The notes under the pieces were generated by a model. That model saw nothing but the letters and a program-made list of their open reading frames with translations, had not been told where the DNA came from and searched no databases. A DNA stretch of 40,311 nt from an uncultured Butyricicoccus sp. (GTDB taxonomy: Bacteria > Bacillota > Clostridia > Oscillospirales > Butyricicoccaceae), in NCBI GenBank assembly GCA_947575935.1, contig CANPPM010000001.1, positions 1 through 40,311 on the forward strand. The letters run 5' to 3'. This document shows, in pieces, positions 19,307 through 28,365 of this stretch. The translations under genes and the position numbers were made by a program. How positions within the stretch are numbered: the first letter of the stretch is position 1; the number at the start of each line of letters is the position of its first letter.

Positions 19307-19888
19307 ATGAAAAAAAAGCCTGTTGAAATCCGCTGGCACGGGCGCGGCGGGCAGGGCGCCAAGACCGCCTGCCTGCTGCTTGCTGACGCCGCTTTTTCCT
19401 CCGGCAAGTATGTGCAGGGCTTCCCTGAGTACGGCCCGGAGCGTATGGGGGCGCCCATTACCGCGTACAACCGCATCTCGGATGAGCGCTGCACCGTGCA
19501 TTCTAATATCTATCATCCGGATTATGTTGTGGTCGTGGACGAGACGCTGCTTGCGTCTGTTGATGTGACCCATGGCTTGTCCGAGCAGGGGGCGATTATC
19601 ATCAATACCAGCCGTTCTCCTGACGAGGTGCGTCCGCTGCTGGGCGGCTATGCAGGCCGGGTGTGTACGATCGACGCGCGCCGCATTTCGGAGGAAACGC
19701 TGGGCAGGAATTTCCCGAATACGCCAATGCTGGCCGCCGCGGTGAAGGTATCCGGCGTGGTCGAGCCGGGACGGTTTGTAGCCGATATGGAGGCTTCGTT
19801 CCGCCATAAATTTTCGCACAAACCGCAGGTGATTGACGGAAACATGAACGCGCTTACCAAATCGATGCAGGAGGTTAAGGTCGGATGA
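19307..19888 (+). CDS. porC: 2-oxoacid:ferredoxin oxidoreductase gamma subunit
   Basis: EIRWHGRGGQGAKTA, FPEYGPERMGAP, PNTPML. Confidence 0.92.
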   Translation: MKKKPVEIRWHGRGGQGAKTACLLLADAAFSSGKYVQGFPEYGPERMGAPITAYNRISDERCTVHSNIYHPDYVVVVDETLLASVDVTHGLSEQGAIIINTSRSPDEVRPLLGGYAGRVCTIDARRISEETLGRNFPNTPMLAAAVKVSGVVEPGRFVADMEASFRHKFSHKPQVIDGNMNALTKSMQEVKVG

Positions 19889-20187
19889 AGAAAGCGGAGA
19901 GTATCCATGAAAACAGCGCCTGGCAGGAATTGACCCCCGGCTGTGAGATCTATGAGCCGGGTACGGCGCTGCGCTTTTCCACCGGCGAGTGGCGCACGGC
20001 GACCCCGGTTTGGAATCCGGATGTGTGCAAGCAGTGTCTGTTATGTACGCCATACTGCCCGGATAGCGCGATTCCGGTCAAGGAGGGCCGCCGGCAGGAT
20101 TTTGATTTTGACCACTGTAAGGGATGCGGCATTTGCGCAAAGGTTTGCCCGTTCCGGGCGATTCAATTTGGAAAGGAAGGTGTGTAA
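19885..20187 (+). CDS. porD: 2-oxoacid:ferredoxin oxidoreductase delta subunit (2x4Fe-4S)
   Basis: TGEWR..P, CKQCLLCTPYCP, CKGCGICAKVCP; ATGA overlap with porC. Confidence 0.92.
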   Translation: MKKAESIHENSAWQELTPGCEIYEPGTALRFSTGEWRTATPVWNPDVCKQCLLCTPYCPDSAIPVKEGRRQDFDFDHCKGCGICAKVCPFRAIQFGKEGV

Positions 20188-20188
20188 T

Positions 20189-21370
20189 ATGGCGAAGCGG
20201 GACCGTTTGTCGGGGAATGAGGCCGTTGCCTATGCGATGCGGCAGATCGACCCGGATGTGATGGGTGCGTTTCCGATTACGCCCTCAACCGAGATTCCAC
20301 AGTATTTTGCGCAGTATGTTGCAGATGGGCTGGTACATACTGAATATGTGACCGTCGAGTCTGAGCACTCCTCTATGTCGACTTGCATCGGCGCAGCGGC
20401 GGCGGGTGCGCGTGCGGTTACCGCGACTTCCTCCTGTGGTTTGGCGCTGATGTGGGAGTTGCTGTATGTCGCGGCCTCTTACCGTCTGCCGGTGACGCTG
20501 GCCTGTGTCAACCGCGCGCTGACCGGCCCGATCAATATCAATAACGACCATTCCGATTCCATGGGGGCGCGGGACACCGGCTGGATCCAGATTTATGCGG
20601 AGAATAACCAGGAGGCGTATGACAATTATCTGCAGGCCATGCCCATTGGGGAAAATCCGGCGGTGCGTTTGCCGGTAATGGTTTGCCAAGATGGATTTAT
20701 CACCTCGCATGCGGTCGAAAATATCGAGCTGTGCGAGGATGACGAGGTCAAGGCCTTTGTCGGCGAGTATCAGCCCGAGCAGTACCTGCTGAAACATGAG
20801 AACCCGTTGGCGGTTGGCCCTTATGGCGTATCCCCTTACTATATGGAGGCCAAAGTGGGGCAGGCGGAGGCCATGAAAACGGCAAAGGCGGTCATTTTGG
20901 AGATTGGCCGGCGGTTTGGAGAGATGACGGGGCGTTTTTATGGCTTCTTTGAGAGCTACCGGCTGGAGGACGCGGAAGCGGCGGTTGTCCTGATCGGCTC
21001 CTCGGCGGGCACTGCGCGCGCCTGCGTTGACGAATTGCGTGCACAGGGAAAACGGGTCGGGATGCTGAAGCTGCGGGTTTTCCGTCCGTTCCCGTTTGAG
21101 GAGCTGGCGGCGGCATTGTCCCATTGCCGGGCGGTTGCCATCCTGGATAAATGCGAGTCCTTTTCGGCGGCTGGCGGCCCGCTGGGCGCGGAGGTGCGTG
21201 CGGCGCTTTACGGCTGCCGGGAGCGGCCGCTTGCAGTGAATTATGTGTATGGCCTGGGCGGGCGTGATTTCCGTGTCGAGGATTGCACGCAGATTTTCCG
21301 TGCGCTTGAGGAGTGTATCCGCACCGGGGAAACTGGCGCGCCATACCGCCATATTGGGCAGAGGGGGTAA
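20189..21370 (+). CDS. porA: 2-oxoacid:ferredoxin oxidoreductase alpha subunit
   Basis: SGNEAVA, AFPITPSTE, VESEHS, TATSSCGL, NRAL, DGFITSH, RPFP, GLGGRD. Confidence 0.93.
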   Translation: MAKRDRLSGNEAVAYAMRQIDPDVMGAFPITPSTEIPQYFAQYVADGLVHTEYVTVESEHSSMSTCIGAAAAGARAVTATSSCGLALMWELLYVAASYRLPVTLACVNRALTGPININNDHSDSMGARDTGWIQIYAENNQEAYDNYLQAMPIGENPAVRLPVMVCQDGFITSHAVENIELCEDDEVKAFVGEYQPEQYLLKHENPLAVGPYGVSPYYMEAKVGQAEAMKTAKAVILEIGRRFGEMTGRFYGFFESYRLEDAEAAVVLIGSSAGTARACVDELRAQGKRVGMLKLRVFRPFPFEELAAALSHCRAVAILDKCESFSAAGGPLGAEVRAALYGCRERPLAVNYVYGLGGRDFRVEDCTQIFRALEECIRTGETGAPYRHIGQRG

Positions 21371-21374
21371 GGAA

Positions 21375-22304
21375 ATGGCATATAACCTGAAAAAAGAGAT
21401 GTCTAAGCCCGAGCGTTTTGTCGGGGGGCACCGTCTGTGTGCAGGCTGCGGCGCTGGGGTGGCCGTGCGCGCGGTATTGCGGGCGCTGGAACCTGAGGAT
21501 AAGGCGGTTATTACCAATGCGACCGGCTGTCTGGAGGTTTCCTCTTTCCTGTATCCGTATACCGCATGGACGGATAGCTATATTCATAACGCTTTTGAAA
21601 ACGCGGCGGCAACCTGCGGCGGCGTTGAAGCGGCTTACAATGCGCTGCGGCGGCGGGGCAAAGTGCAGGATCAGTTTAAGTTTATCACCTTTGGCGGGGA
21701 CGGCGGTACCTATGACATTGGGTTTCAGTCTCTTTCCGGCGCGATGGAACGCGGGCACGATATGGTGTATGTCTGTTACGATAACGAGGCTTATATGAAT
21801 ACCGGCATTCAGCGCTCGGGCGCGACGCCGCGTTTTGCAGATGCGACGACCACGCCGGTCGGCAGGGTCTCAAACGGCAAACGCCAGAACAAGAAGGACC
21901 TCACCGAGATCATGGTTGCGCACGGCATCCCCTATGTCGCGCAGTCAACGTTTCTGACTTCGATGAAGGATCTGCACGAAAAGGCACACCGTGCGATCTA
22001 TACCGAGGGCCCGGCCTTTTTGAATGTGCTGTCGCCCTGTCCGCGTGGCTGGCGTTATGCAGCGGAGGATTTGGCTGAGATCACGCGGCTTGCGGTCGAG
22101 ACCTGCGTTTGGCCGCTGTTTGAGGTGATCGAGGGGGAATACCGCCTGACCTATGAGCCGCGGAAAAAGCTGCCGGTTGAAGAATTTATGCGCCCGCAGG
22201 GACGTTTTCGCCATTGCTTCGCGCCGGGCGGCGAGTGGATGATTGAAGAGGCGCAGGCCTGGGTAGACCAGAAATGGGAAAAGCTGCTGGCGAGGTGCCG
22301 CTGA
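21375..22304 (+). CDS. porB: 2-oxoacid:ferredoxin oxidoreductase beta subunit (TPP-binding)
   Basis: GHRLCAGCG, ATGCLEV, GGDGGTYDIG...YDNEAYMNTGIQRS, SPCPRGW. Confidence 0.93.
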   Translation: MAYNLKKEMSKPERFVGGHRLCAGCGAGVAVRAVLRALEPEDKAVITNATGCLEVSSFLYPYTAWTDSYIHNAFENAAATCGGVEAAYNALRRRGKVQDQFKFITFGGDGGTYDIGFQSLSGAMERGHDMVYVCYDNEAYMNTGIQRSGATPRFADATTTPVGRVSNGKRQNKKDLTEIMVAHGIPYVAQSTFLTSMKDLHEKAHRAIYTEGPAFLNVLSPCPRGWRYAAEDLAEITRLAVETCVWPLFEVIEGEYRLTYEPRKKLPVEEFMRPQGRFRHCFAPGGEWMIEEAQAWVDQKWEKLLARCR

Positions 22305-22360
22305 CCGTCCTATTTATGTAGGGCAGAGGCGCCTGCCGGCGCTTGGTACATCGGGACGCG

Positions 22361-22408
22361 GAAGGAGGCTGCCCCACATCGTTTCAGACGATGGGGGCAG
22401 CCTCCTTC
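22361..22408. terminator. Strong hairpin between the convergent porB and DUF134-NifX genes
   Basis: GAAGGAGGCTGCCCC-aCATCGT-ttcag-ACGATG-GGGGCAGCCTCCTTC. Confidence 0.65.
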
Positions 22409-22492
22409 GGCTTTGCCGGTGGGACAGCGTCCGCGCTGCTTCGCGGCATATACGGGCGTCAAAGTCCGTGTCCGGCGCGGTTTTGCAGCCGC

Positions 22493-23272
22493 TCAGCAGT
22501 GCCCGCTGCCGGAACAGCCATGGTGCGATTCTCCACAGTGTGCATGGCCATGGCCGCCGTGCCCGTGGTGGCTGCACTGGGGCGCAGTTTGATAGGATAG
22601 GGTTCCCGATAACAGGGCGCGGACGGCCTCGTCGGCGCTGCCTGTGACGCCGCCGTACAGTTGAATGCCGGCGGCGGCCAACGCTTGCTGTGCGCCGCCG
22701 CCAATCCCGCCGCAGATCAGTGCGTCGACCCCAAGCCCGGACAGCAGCGATGCAAGCGCGCCGTGTCCGCTGCCATTGACGCCGGCCAGCTGCTCTCGGG
22801 TAATCTGGCCGTTTTCAGCATCATAGAGCTTGAACTGTTCGGTGTGCCCAAAATGCTGAAAAATTGTTCCGTTTTCGTAAGTGACTGCGATCCTCATTTC
22901 ATTTGCTCCTTTCTGAATTGCCGCTTGGTAAACGGCGCCGCGGGTTCTCCGGCAGGGGCTGCAGCCGCAGGGCGCGGCGCTGCCGTCACACAACCGGTAG
23001 TGCCCGCCTGCGATCACAAGCGCTCTGCCGTTTACAATGCTGTCTGCAAGCTTGCGCCGTGCACAGCTGTAGATCCCGGCTGCTGTGGTGCGTGAAATTT
23101 CCATCCGCCGGGCGCATTCCTCCTGGGTCAGCTGTTCTAAATCGATCAGGCGGATGGTCTCGTATTCGTCCACCGTGAGGATCGTCCTGCCGCCGCAGGC
23201 GATCCCCTCTGGCGCAAAGCGGTCGTATGCCGGTTCGGAACAGATCCGCCGGTACCGGCTTGGTCTTGGCAT
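22493..23272 (-). CDS. DUF134 HTH protein fused to a NifB/NifX-type (dinitrogenase FeMo-cofactor) domain with a His/Cys-rich tail
   Basis: MPRPSRYRRI..EP...F.P, DEYETIRLID, QEECARRMEISRTT (HTH); then MRIAVTYENGTIFQHFGH, LICGGIGGGA; tail CSHHGHGGHGHAHCGESHHGC. Confidence 0.88.
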   Translation of the reverse strand: MPRPSRYRRICSEPAYDRFAPEGIACGGRTILTVDEYETIRLIDLEQLTQEECARRMEISRTTAAGIYSCARRKLADSIVNGRALVIAGGHYRLCDGSAAPCGCSPCRRTRGAVYQAAIQKGANEMRIAVTYENGTIFQHFGHTEQFKLYDAENGQITREQLAGVNGSGHGALASLLSGLGVDALICGGIGGGAQQALAAAGIQLYGGVTGSADEAVRALLSGTLSYQTAPQCSHHGHGGHGHAHCGESHHGCSGSGHC

Positions 23273-23289
23273 ATTGACGCCCCCCTTTT

Positions 23290-23341
23290 TGTTTCCGGCA
23301 TATGTCGGAAACATTATAGCATATCCGACGAGGTTCTGCAA
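23290..23341 (-). promoter_or_regulatory. SigA promoter with a 24-bp palindromic operator over the start site
   Basis: TTGCAG(23341-36)-N17-TATAAT(23318-13, TG-extended); TGTTTCCGGCATATGTCGGAAACA at 23290-23313 (one mismatched pair). Confidence 0.75.
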
Positions 23342-23388
23342 GCCCTGTTTGGATGGGATTTGTGTTTGTGCTTTTTTTCCGATTTTGC

Positions 23389-23532
23389 TTGCATCCTGCG
23401 CTTTTACGTAGTAAAATGGACAAGGAATAAACATCCCGTCGTTTACGGCCCGATTCTTCAGACAGGGAGTGGGCTCGCTGGGGGTGGAAAGAGTACAGGG
23501 CCCGTGAGGGCCCGGCGTAAAGGGGTAATTTT
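23389..23532 (+). promoter_or_regulatory. SigA promoter and ~110-nt structured leader of the NhaC-family gene
   Basis: TTGCAT-N17-TAAAAT (23389-23417); several hairpins; 5' CCC...TTTACG is complementary to CGTAAAGGGG at the RBS. Confidence 0.5.
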
Positions 23533-25023
23533 ATGCAACTGCAAGCAACTATCTGGACGCTGCTGCCGCCGGTCATTGCGATTGCGCTGGCACTGATCAC
23601 CAAGGAGGTCTATTCCTCGCTGCTGATTGGCATTCTGTCGGGCGCGCTGCTGTATACCGGTTTTTCGCCGCTGGCAGCGGTAGAAACGACCTTCCAAATT
23701 ATGGGGGATAAGATCGGCGGAAATGCTAATATTTTGATTTTCCTCGTGCTGCTGGGGATTTTGGTCGCGCTGGTGACCAAATCCGGCGCGTCGCGCGCCT
23801 ATGGAGAATGGGCCAGCCGCCGGATCACCAGCCGCCGCGGCGCGCTGCTCGCAACCTCTGCGCTGGGGGCGTTGATTTTTGTAGATGATTATTTTAATTG
23901 CCTGACCGTCGGTACGGTCATGCGGCCGGTCACCGATAAATACAAGGTCTCTCGTGCAAAACTGGCTTATATTATCGATGCAACCGCCGCCCCGGTCTGT
24001 ATCATTGCGCCGATTTCCAGTTGGGCCGCTGCCGTGGGTTCCTCTATGCCGGAGGGAGCTGAGATTGACGGCTTCAACCTGTTCCTGCGCACCATCCCTT
24101 ATAATTTCTATGCGCTGCTGACCCTGGCATTCATCATTTGGCTGATGATTTGGGATAAGGATATTTTTGCAATGAAGCGCTATCAGGAAAAGCTGGGCGA
24201 CCGGTCTGACAGCCTGAATGTGGAAAATCATGTTGTTGGCGGGATGGGGAAAGTCAAGGATCTCGTCGTTCCAATCCTTGTGCTGATCGTCTCTTGCATT
24301 GCTGCGATGATGTATACCGGCGGTATTTTGGAGGGTAGCGGCGTTGTACAGGCGTTTGCGGATTGTGACTCGTCGGCATCGCTGGTCCTGGGGTCGTTCT
24401 TTACGCTGATTTTTACGTTTATCATGTATGTCCCGCGCGGCATTCTCAGCTTTGGGCAGTTCTGCGAGTCGTTTACCGAGGGCTTTAAGGCGATGGTCCC
24501 GGCGATCATGATTCTCTGCCTTGCCTGGACCCTTTCCGGGGTTTGCTCCGGCGATTATTTAAACATCGGCGGCTATGTCGATTCCATTGTACGCGGGAAT
24601 GCTACGATTATTCGCTTGATGCCTGCGATCTTCTTTGCCGTCGCGCTTGGGCTGGCGTTTGCAACCGGTACTTCCTGGGGGACTTTTGGGATTCTTATCC
24701 CGATTGCGGTGATTGTTTTCCAGAGCCAGGTCAGCGAGCTGCTGGTTGTGACGGTGGCGGCCTGCCTGGCGGGCGCGGTCTGTGGGGATCATATTTCGCC
24801 CATTTCGGATACGACGATTCTGGCTTCCGCCGGCGCGCAGTGCAATCATATTGATCATGTTTCCACGCAGATTCCTTATGCGATGTCGGTCGCGGGGATG
24901 TGCTTCTGCGCATATCTGGTGGCGGGCCTTCTTGGCAGCGGCTGGGCCGGATTGGCGACGGGCGCAGTACTGCTTGTGATCTTTGCCGCCGTGATGATGG
25001 CGCGTACTAAAAAATCCGTGTAA
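23533..25023 (+). CDS. NhaC-family Na+/H+ antiporter-like transporter (probably an amino acid/organic acid carrier)
   Basis: WTLLPPVIAIALA, IFVDDYFNCL, LAYIIDATAAPVC, ATGTSWGTFGIL, GDHISPISDTTILAS. Confidence 0.88.
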   Translation: MQLQATIWTLLPPVIAIALALITKEVYSSLLIGILSGALLYTGFSPLAAVETTFQIMGDKIGGNANILIFLVLLGILVALVTKSGASRAYGEWASRRITSRRGALLATSALGALIFVDDYFNCLTVGTVMRPVTDKYKVSRAKLAYIIDATAAPVCIIAPISSWAAAVGSSMPEGAEIDGFNLFLRTIPYNFYALLTLAFIIWLMIWDKDIFAMKRYQEKLGDRSDSLNVENHVVGGMGKVKDLVVPILVLIVSCIAAMMYTGGILEGSGVVQAFADCDSSASLVLGSFFTLIFTFIMYVPRGILSFGQFCESFTEGFKAMVPAIMILCLAWTLSGVCSGDYLNIGGYVDSIVRGNATIIRLMPAIFFAVALGLAFATGTSWGTFGILIPIAVIVFQSQVSELLVVTVAACLAGAVCGDHISPISDTTILASAGAQCNHIDHVSTQIPYAMSVAGMCFCAYLVAGLLGSGWAGLATGAVLLVIFAAVMMARTKKSV

Positions 25024-25049
25024 ACCGGATCGAAGAGTAAAAATTCAAG

Positions 25050-25089
25050 CGGCCCGGCATGGGATTCACTCCCGTGCCGGGCCGTTTCT
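25050..25089 (+). terminator. Intrinsic terminator after the NhaC gene
   Basis: CGGCCCGGCATGGGA-ttcac-TCCCGTGCCGGGCCG followed by TTTCT. Confidence 0.75.
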
Positions 25090-25232
25090 GTGTGCCAAAG
25101 GAGGGCCGGTGCAGGTAACGTGCCCGCGCCGCAGGCTTCGGTACCTGGTTTGGGGCGCCGTGCGGAGCAGGGGGAGGGCGTTAAACCGGCGGCGTTTGAG
25201 GGGAAGGGAACGTTATGGGGGCGTTGCTGCGG

Positions 25233-27566
25233 CTAGTCATCCTGGAGATGCAGGCCGTGGGATAGGGAGGCCTGCATACGGCGTGCCGGAAGGGCCACAG
25301 CCAGTGCAGACGCGCCTAGCACGGTCAGTAGGATCACCAGCAGGGCGCGCCAGGGCGGCGCCCACTGGTCGCCCCACTGCGAGGTTACCAGCTGGGAGAA
25401 GAGCAGCCGATGCAGCGGCAGCCCGAGTACCGTGCCCAGCAGGGCGCCGCTGAGTGCGTAGGTAAGCGCCTCGGCGGCGATCATGCGGGTCAGCTGCGCC
25501 GTGGCCATTCCGACAGCGTGCATTGCGGCATACTGCCGCAGCCGTGCGGCGGTATTCATAGAGATGCTGTTGAGGATATGGAAGATGGAAATTAACGCAA
25601 TCACTGCGAGGAAGCCATACAGAAATATTGCGAATGAGGCGTACGCGCCAAACGCTTCCTGGTTGCTGAGACGGCGGTCAGAGAAGTGGAAGCCCTCGCC
25701 TGCCAGGGTGCGGAGTGCGGCAACGTCCGTATCGGAAGCCCCATGCGTCAGCTGGACGTCGAGAACCGCGTAATCGCTTTCTCCGGTAAGGCGTTGGAAT
25801 AACGATTCGGAACAGAATAGGGTTATGGTGTCCGCCTCCGGGCTCGATTGGCTGTAGCGCAGCCGTCCGCAGATGGGCAGGGCATAGCCGCCGATGGTCA
25901 GAAAATCACCGGTCTGCAGCGGGCTGTCTTTGCTGTAGGCCAACAGCAGCCCTTTGCCGTCTTCAGCCTCGGTGAGCGTGCCGTCCAGGCGTGCCTTTCG
26001 CGCCCACTGGAACTGCTGCGCTTCGTATGAGATTAGGCGGAGGCGTATCGTCTGGCCGTTGGACTGCCCCTCCAGGCCGTCGGCCAAGCTGCGGCCATAG
26101 ACCCGTTTGACCGCTGGCAGCGCTGCAAATGTATCGGCCATTCCTGTTGGAATCCGGAGATCCTGGTCTGTGCTGATGACTGAGAAATCGGGCGCAGAGG
26201 GTTGCAGCGGGGTAATTGCGTGCTGCATAAAGCCGACGGCTGTATGGAAAGAAAGGAACAGCACAATACTGAATGCAAATGAACCTGCCGTCAGCGCAAA
26301 ATTGCGCAGGCTTCCGGTTGCGTGGTGGATGCCGAGCGCGGTATCCACCCGGAACAGCCGGGTATTGGCCGCCCGACCGGCGGCCTGTACCGTGCCTGCA
26401 ATTCCCGAGACAGCGGCCAGCGGGGAAACGGCCGCCGCTCGTTTTGCCGGGGCCTGTGCGGCAAGCAATACGGTCAGCATTCCGACTGCGGCGCCGCTGG
26501 CCAGCGCCACCGGGCTGATGCCGAAGCGCGGCATGGCATCAAAGTAGGTCGGCACCAGCGTGCGCAGCAGGGCGCACAGGAGCCAGACGACGCCGACACC
26601 GGCAAGCAGGCCGGCCGGTACCGCTGTGCGGCACCAGCGTAGCGCCTCCTGCCGGACAAATTTCCGTATCTGTCCGTTTGTCGCGCCCAGGCAGCGCAGC
26701 AGGCCAAAACGTTCTGTGCGTTGGGCAACACTGCTGTTCAGGCTGCTGGTGATCATCAGCACGCCTGCGGTGACGATCAGCAGGGTCAGCACAGCCGCTA
26801 CGGCATATAATTTCTGCATATAGGAGTTGAGGCTTTGGCCGGACAGCCCCATAAGCTTGGGGTTCTGTGCGAGCTGCTCTTCGGACAACCCGAACTGGTT
26901 TTGGATAGCGGTCAGCGTGCGCTGCATGTTGCAGAGGGGGGAAAGCTCCAGATAGAACCAAGGCGCCGCATCCGGAATACCGGAGAAATAGCGCCTGTAA
27001 TCGGACAGGCTGAACAGCAGCCCTACGCCGTCGCGTTCATTCATCATAGCGGTATTGTGGAGCAGGCCGGTCACGCGGAGGGTGGCAGAGCCGTTGGGAA
27101 AGTCCAGTGTGACGGTATCGCCGATTCCGACGCCGAGCAGCGTTTGTGCATTTTCGGTCAGGGAAATCGTGTCCGGCTGGGTGGGATAGCCGCCTTCCAG
27201 CCAGCGGACACCAGGGAACATGGACAGCCAGGCTTCGTCGCAGCCGCAGACGGCGACGGGCCGCCCGCCGATGGAGAAATCGGCGTGAAGGTTGGTGTTT
27301 TTGGCGCCGTACCAGGCCGTTTGGACAAGCTCGGGGCGGGAGGCGATCAGGGCGCTGTCCGATTCCGAAATGCCGTCCTTGATGACGGCGTGCCAGCTGC
27401 CGTACTGCTGGATTGCCTGGATACGCTGGCTTTGCAGCTCCATATCGGCCATGCCAAAGATCGCTGTCACCAGAAATACGGCCAGTAGGATGCAGACCCG
27501 GGTCATACGGCTTTGACGGCGGTGCACCCGGGCCGAAATGGATGCCAGTTCTAAATAGCTTTTCAT
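25233..27566 (-). CDS. ABC transporter permease, FtsX/MacB-like with two large extracellular domains
   Basis: FGLLRCLGATNGQIRKFV and YAAMHAVGMATAQL FtsX-like motifs; duplicated TM-ECD-3TM architecture. Confidence 0.88.
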   Translation of the reverse strand: MKSYLELASISARVHRRQSRMTRVCILLAVFLVTAIFGMADMELQSQRIQAIQQYGSWHAVIKDGISESDSALIASRPELVQTAWYGAKNTNLHADFSIGGRPVAVCGCDEAWLSMFPGVRWLEGGYPTQPDTISLTENAQTLLGVGIGDTVTLDFPNGSATLRVTGLLHNTAMMNERDGVGLLFSLSDYRRYFSGIPDAAPWFYLELSPLCNMQRTLTAIQNQFGLSEEQLAQNPKLMGLSGQSLNSYMQKLYAVAAVLTLLIVTAGVLMITSSLNSSVAQRTERFGLLRCLGATNGQIRKFVRQEALRWCRTAVPAGLLAGVGVVWLLCALLRTLVPTYFDAMPRFGISPVALASGAAVGMLTVLLAAQAPAKRAAAVSPLAAVSGIAGTVQAAGRAANTRLFRVDTALGIHHATGSLRNFALTAGSFAFSIVLFLSFHTAVGFMQHAITPLQPSAPDFSVISTDQDLRIPTGMADTFAALPAVKRVYGRSLADGLEGQSNGQTIRLRLISYEAQQFQWARKARLDGTLTEAEDGKGLLLAYSKDSPLQTGDFLTIGGYALPICGRLRYSQSSPEADTITLFCSESLFQRLTGESDYAVLDVQLTHGASDTDVAALRTLAGEGFHFSDRRLSNQEAFGAYASFAIFLYGFLAVIALISIFHILNSISMNTAARLRQYAAMHAVGMATAQLTRMIAAEALTYALSGALLGTVLGLPLHRLLFSQLVTSQWGDQWAPPWRALLVILLTVLGASALAVALPARRMQASLSHGLHLQDD

Positions 27567-28246
27567 GCCTGCGCACCCCCAAAATCGGTCAGGATGCCGT
27601 CGTGCACGCGGAACACCCGGTCGGCCGAGGCAGTCAGGTTCAGGTTATGGGTGATCATCAGCACCGTCTGCCGGTAATGGCGGGTCGCTTTCAGCAGCAG
27701 ATCCATGACATCCCGGCTGCTGCGGGAGTCTAGGTTGCCGGTCGGTTCGTCGGCCAGCACCACCGAGGGGTGGGTCAGCAGGGCACGGCCTATGGCGGCG
27801 CGCTGCTGCTGACCGCCGGACAGTTCGCTGGGCAGGTGGAGGCGGCGGTTGGCCAGGCCCAGGACTTCCAGCATTTCGTCCACTTGCTGTTGGTCGGGGG
27901 TTCGGCCGTCCAGCAGCAGCGGGAATATCAGGTTCTGCTCGACATTCAGTTCGGCAATCAACTGAAAGGACTGGAAGACAAAGCCGATGTTGCGTCGCCG
28001 GAAGATGGTGCGGCGTGCCTCTGGCAGGGCAAATAAATCTTCACCGTCCAGATATACTTTGCCTGAGGTCGGGGTGTCCAGACCGCCGATGCAGTTAAGC
28101 AGAGTGCTTTTGCCTGAACCGGAATCCCCGACAATGGCGGCGAATTCCCCGCGCTGCAGGGAGAAAGAGGCGTTCTGCAGCGCTTGGACCTCCGCAGCGC
28201 CGGCGCCATAGGTTTTGCAGAGTGCCTGTACCTTTAAGATTTCCAT
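27563..28246 (-). CDS. ABC transporter ATP-binding protein (LolD/MacB family)
   Basis: GDSGSGKST, LSGGQQQR, LADEPTGNLD, ITH. Confidence 0.95.
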   Translation of the reverse strand: MEILKVQALCKTYGAGAAEVQALQNASFSLQRGEFAAIVGDSGSGKSTLLNCIGGLDTPTSGKVYLDGEDLFALPEARRTIFRRRNIGFVFQSFQLIAELNVEQNLIFPLLLDGRTPDQQQVDEMLEVLGLANRRLHLPSELSGGQQQRAAIGRALLTHPSVVLADEPTGNLDSRSSRDVMDLLLKATRHYRQTVLMITHNLNLTASADRVFRVHDGILTDFGGAQA

Positions 28247-28296
28247 AAAATCGCTCCTTTGTATCGTGTGGACGTTTTTCGATGTCCCGTACAGGC

Positions 28297-28350
28297 AGTA
28301 TAACATGCCAAGCTTACCGCCAGGTGAATTTTGGCTTACAGTTTTGTAAG
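28297..28350 (-). promoter_or_regulatory. Response-regulator box and -10 element upstream of the ABC genes
   Basis: CTTACA-GTTT-TGTAAG at 28335-28350, half site CTTAC at 28313, TGtTATACT -10 at 28302-28297. Confidence 0.7.
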
Positions 28351-28365
28351 GGGCGCGGCAGGCGT

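Noticed and set aside
20285-21517. 410-aa minus-strand ORF, and similar antisense ORFs over murB, dnaE, pfkA, recD2, pyrC and the Na/Pi gene
   Set aside because: Fully overlap well-supported genes on the opposite strand; typical high-GC shadows
22493-22897. NifB/NifX domain as evidence of nitrogen fixation
   Set aside because: The domain is widespread in non-diazotrophic anaerobes and no nif genes are in the window
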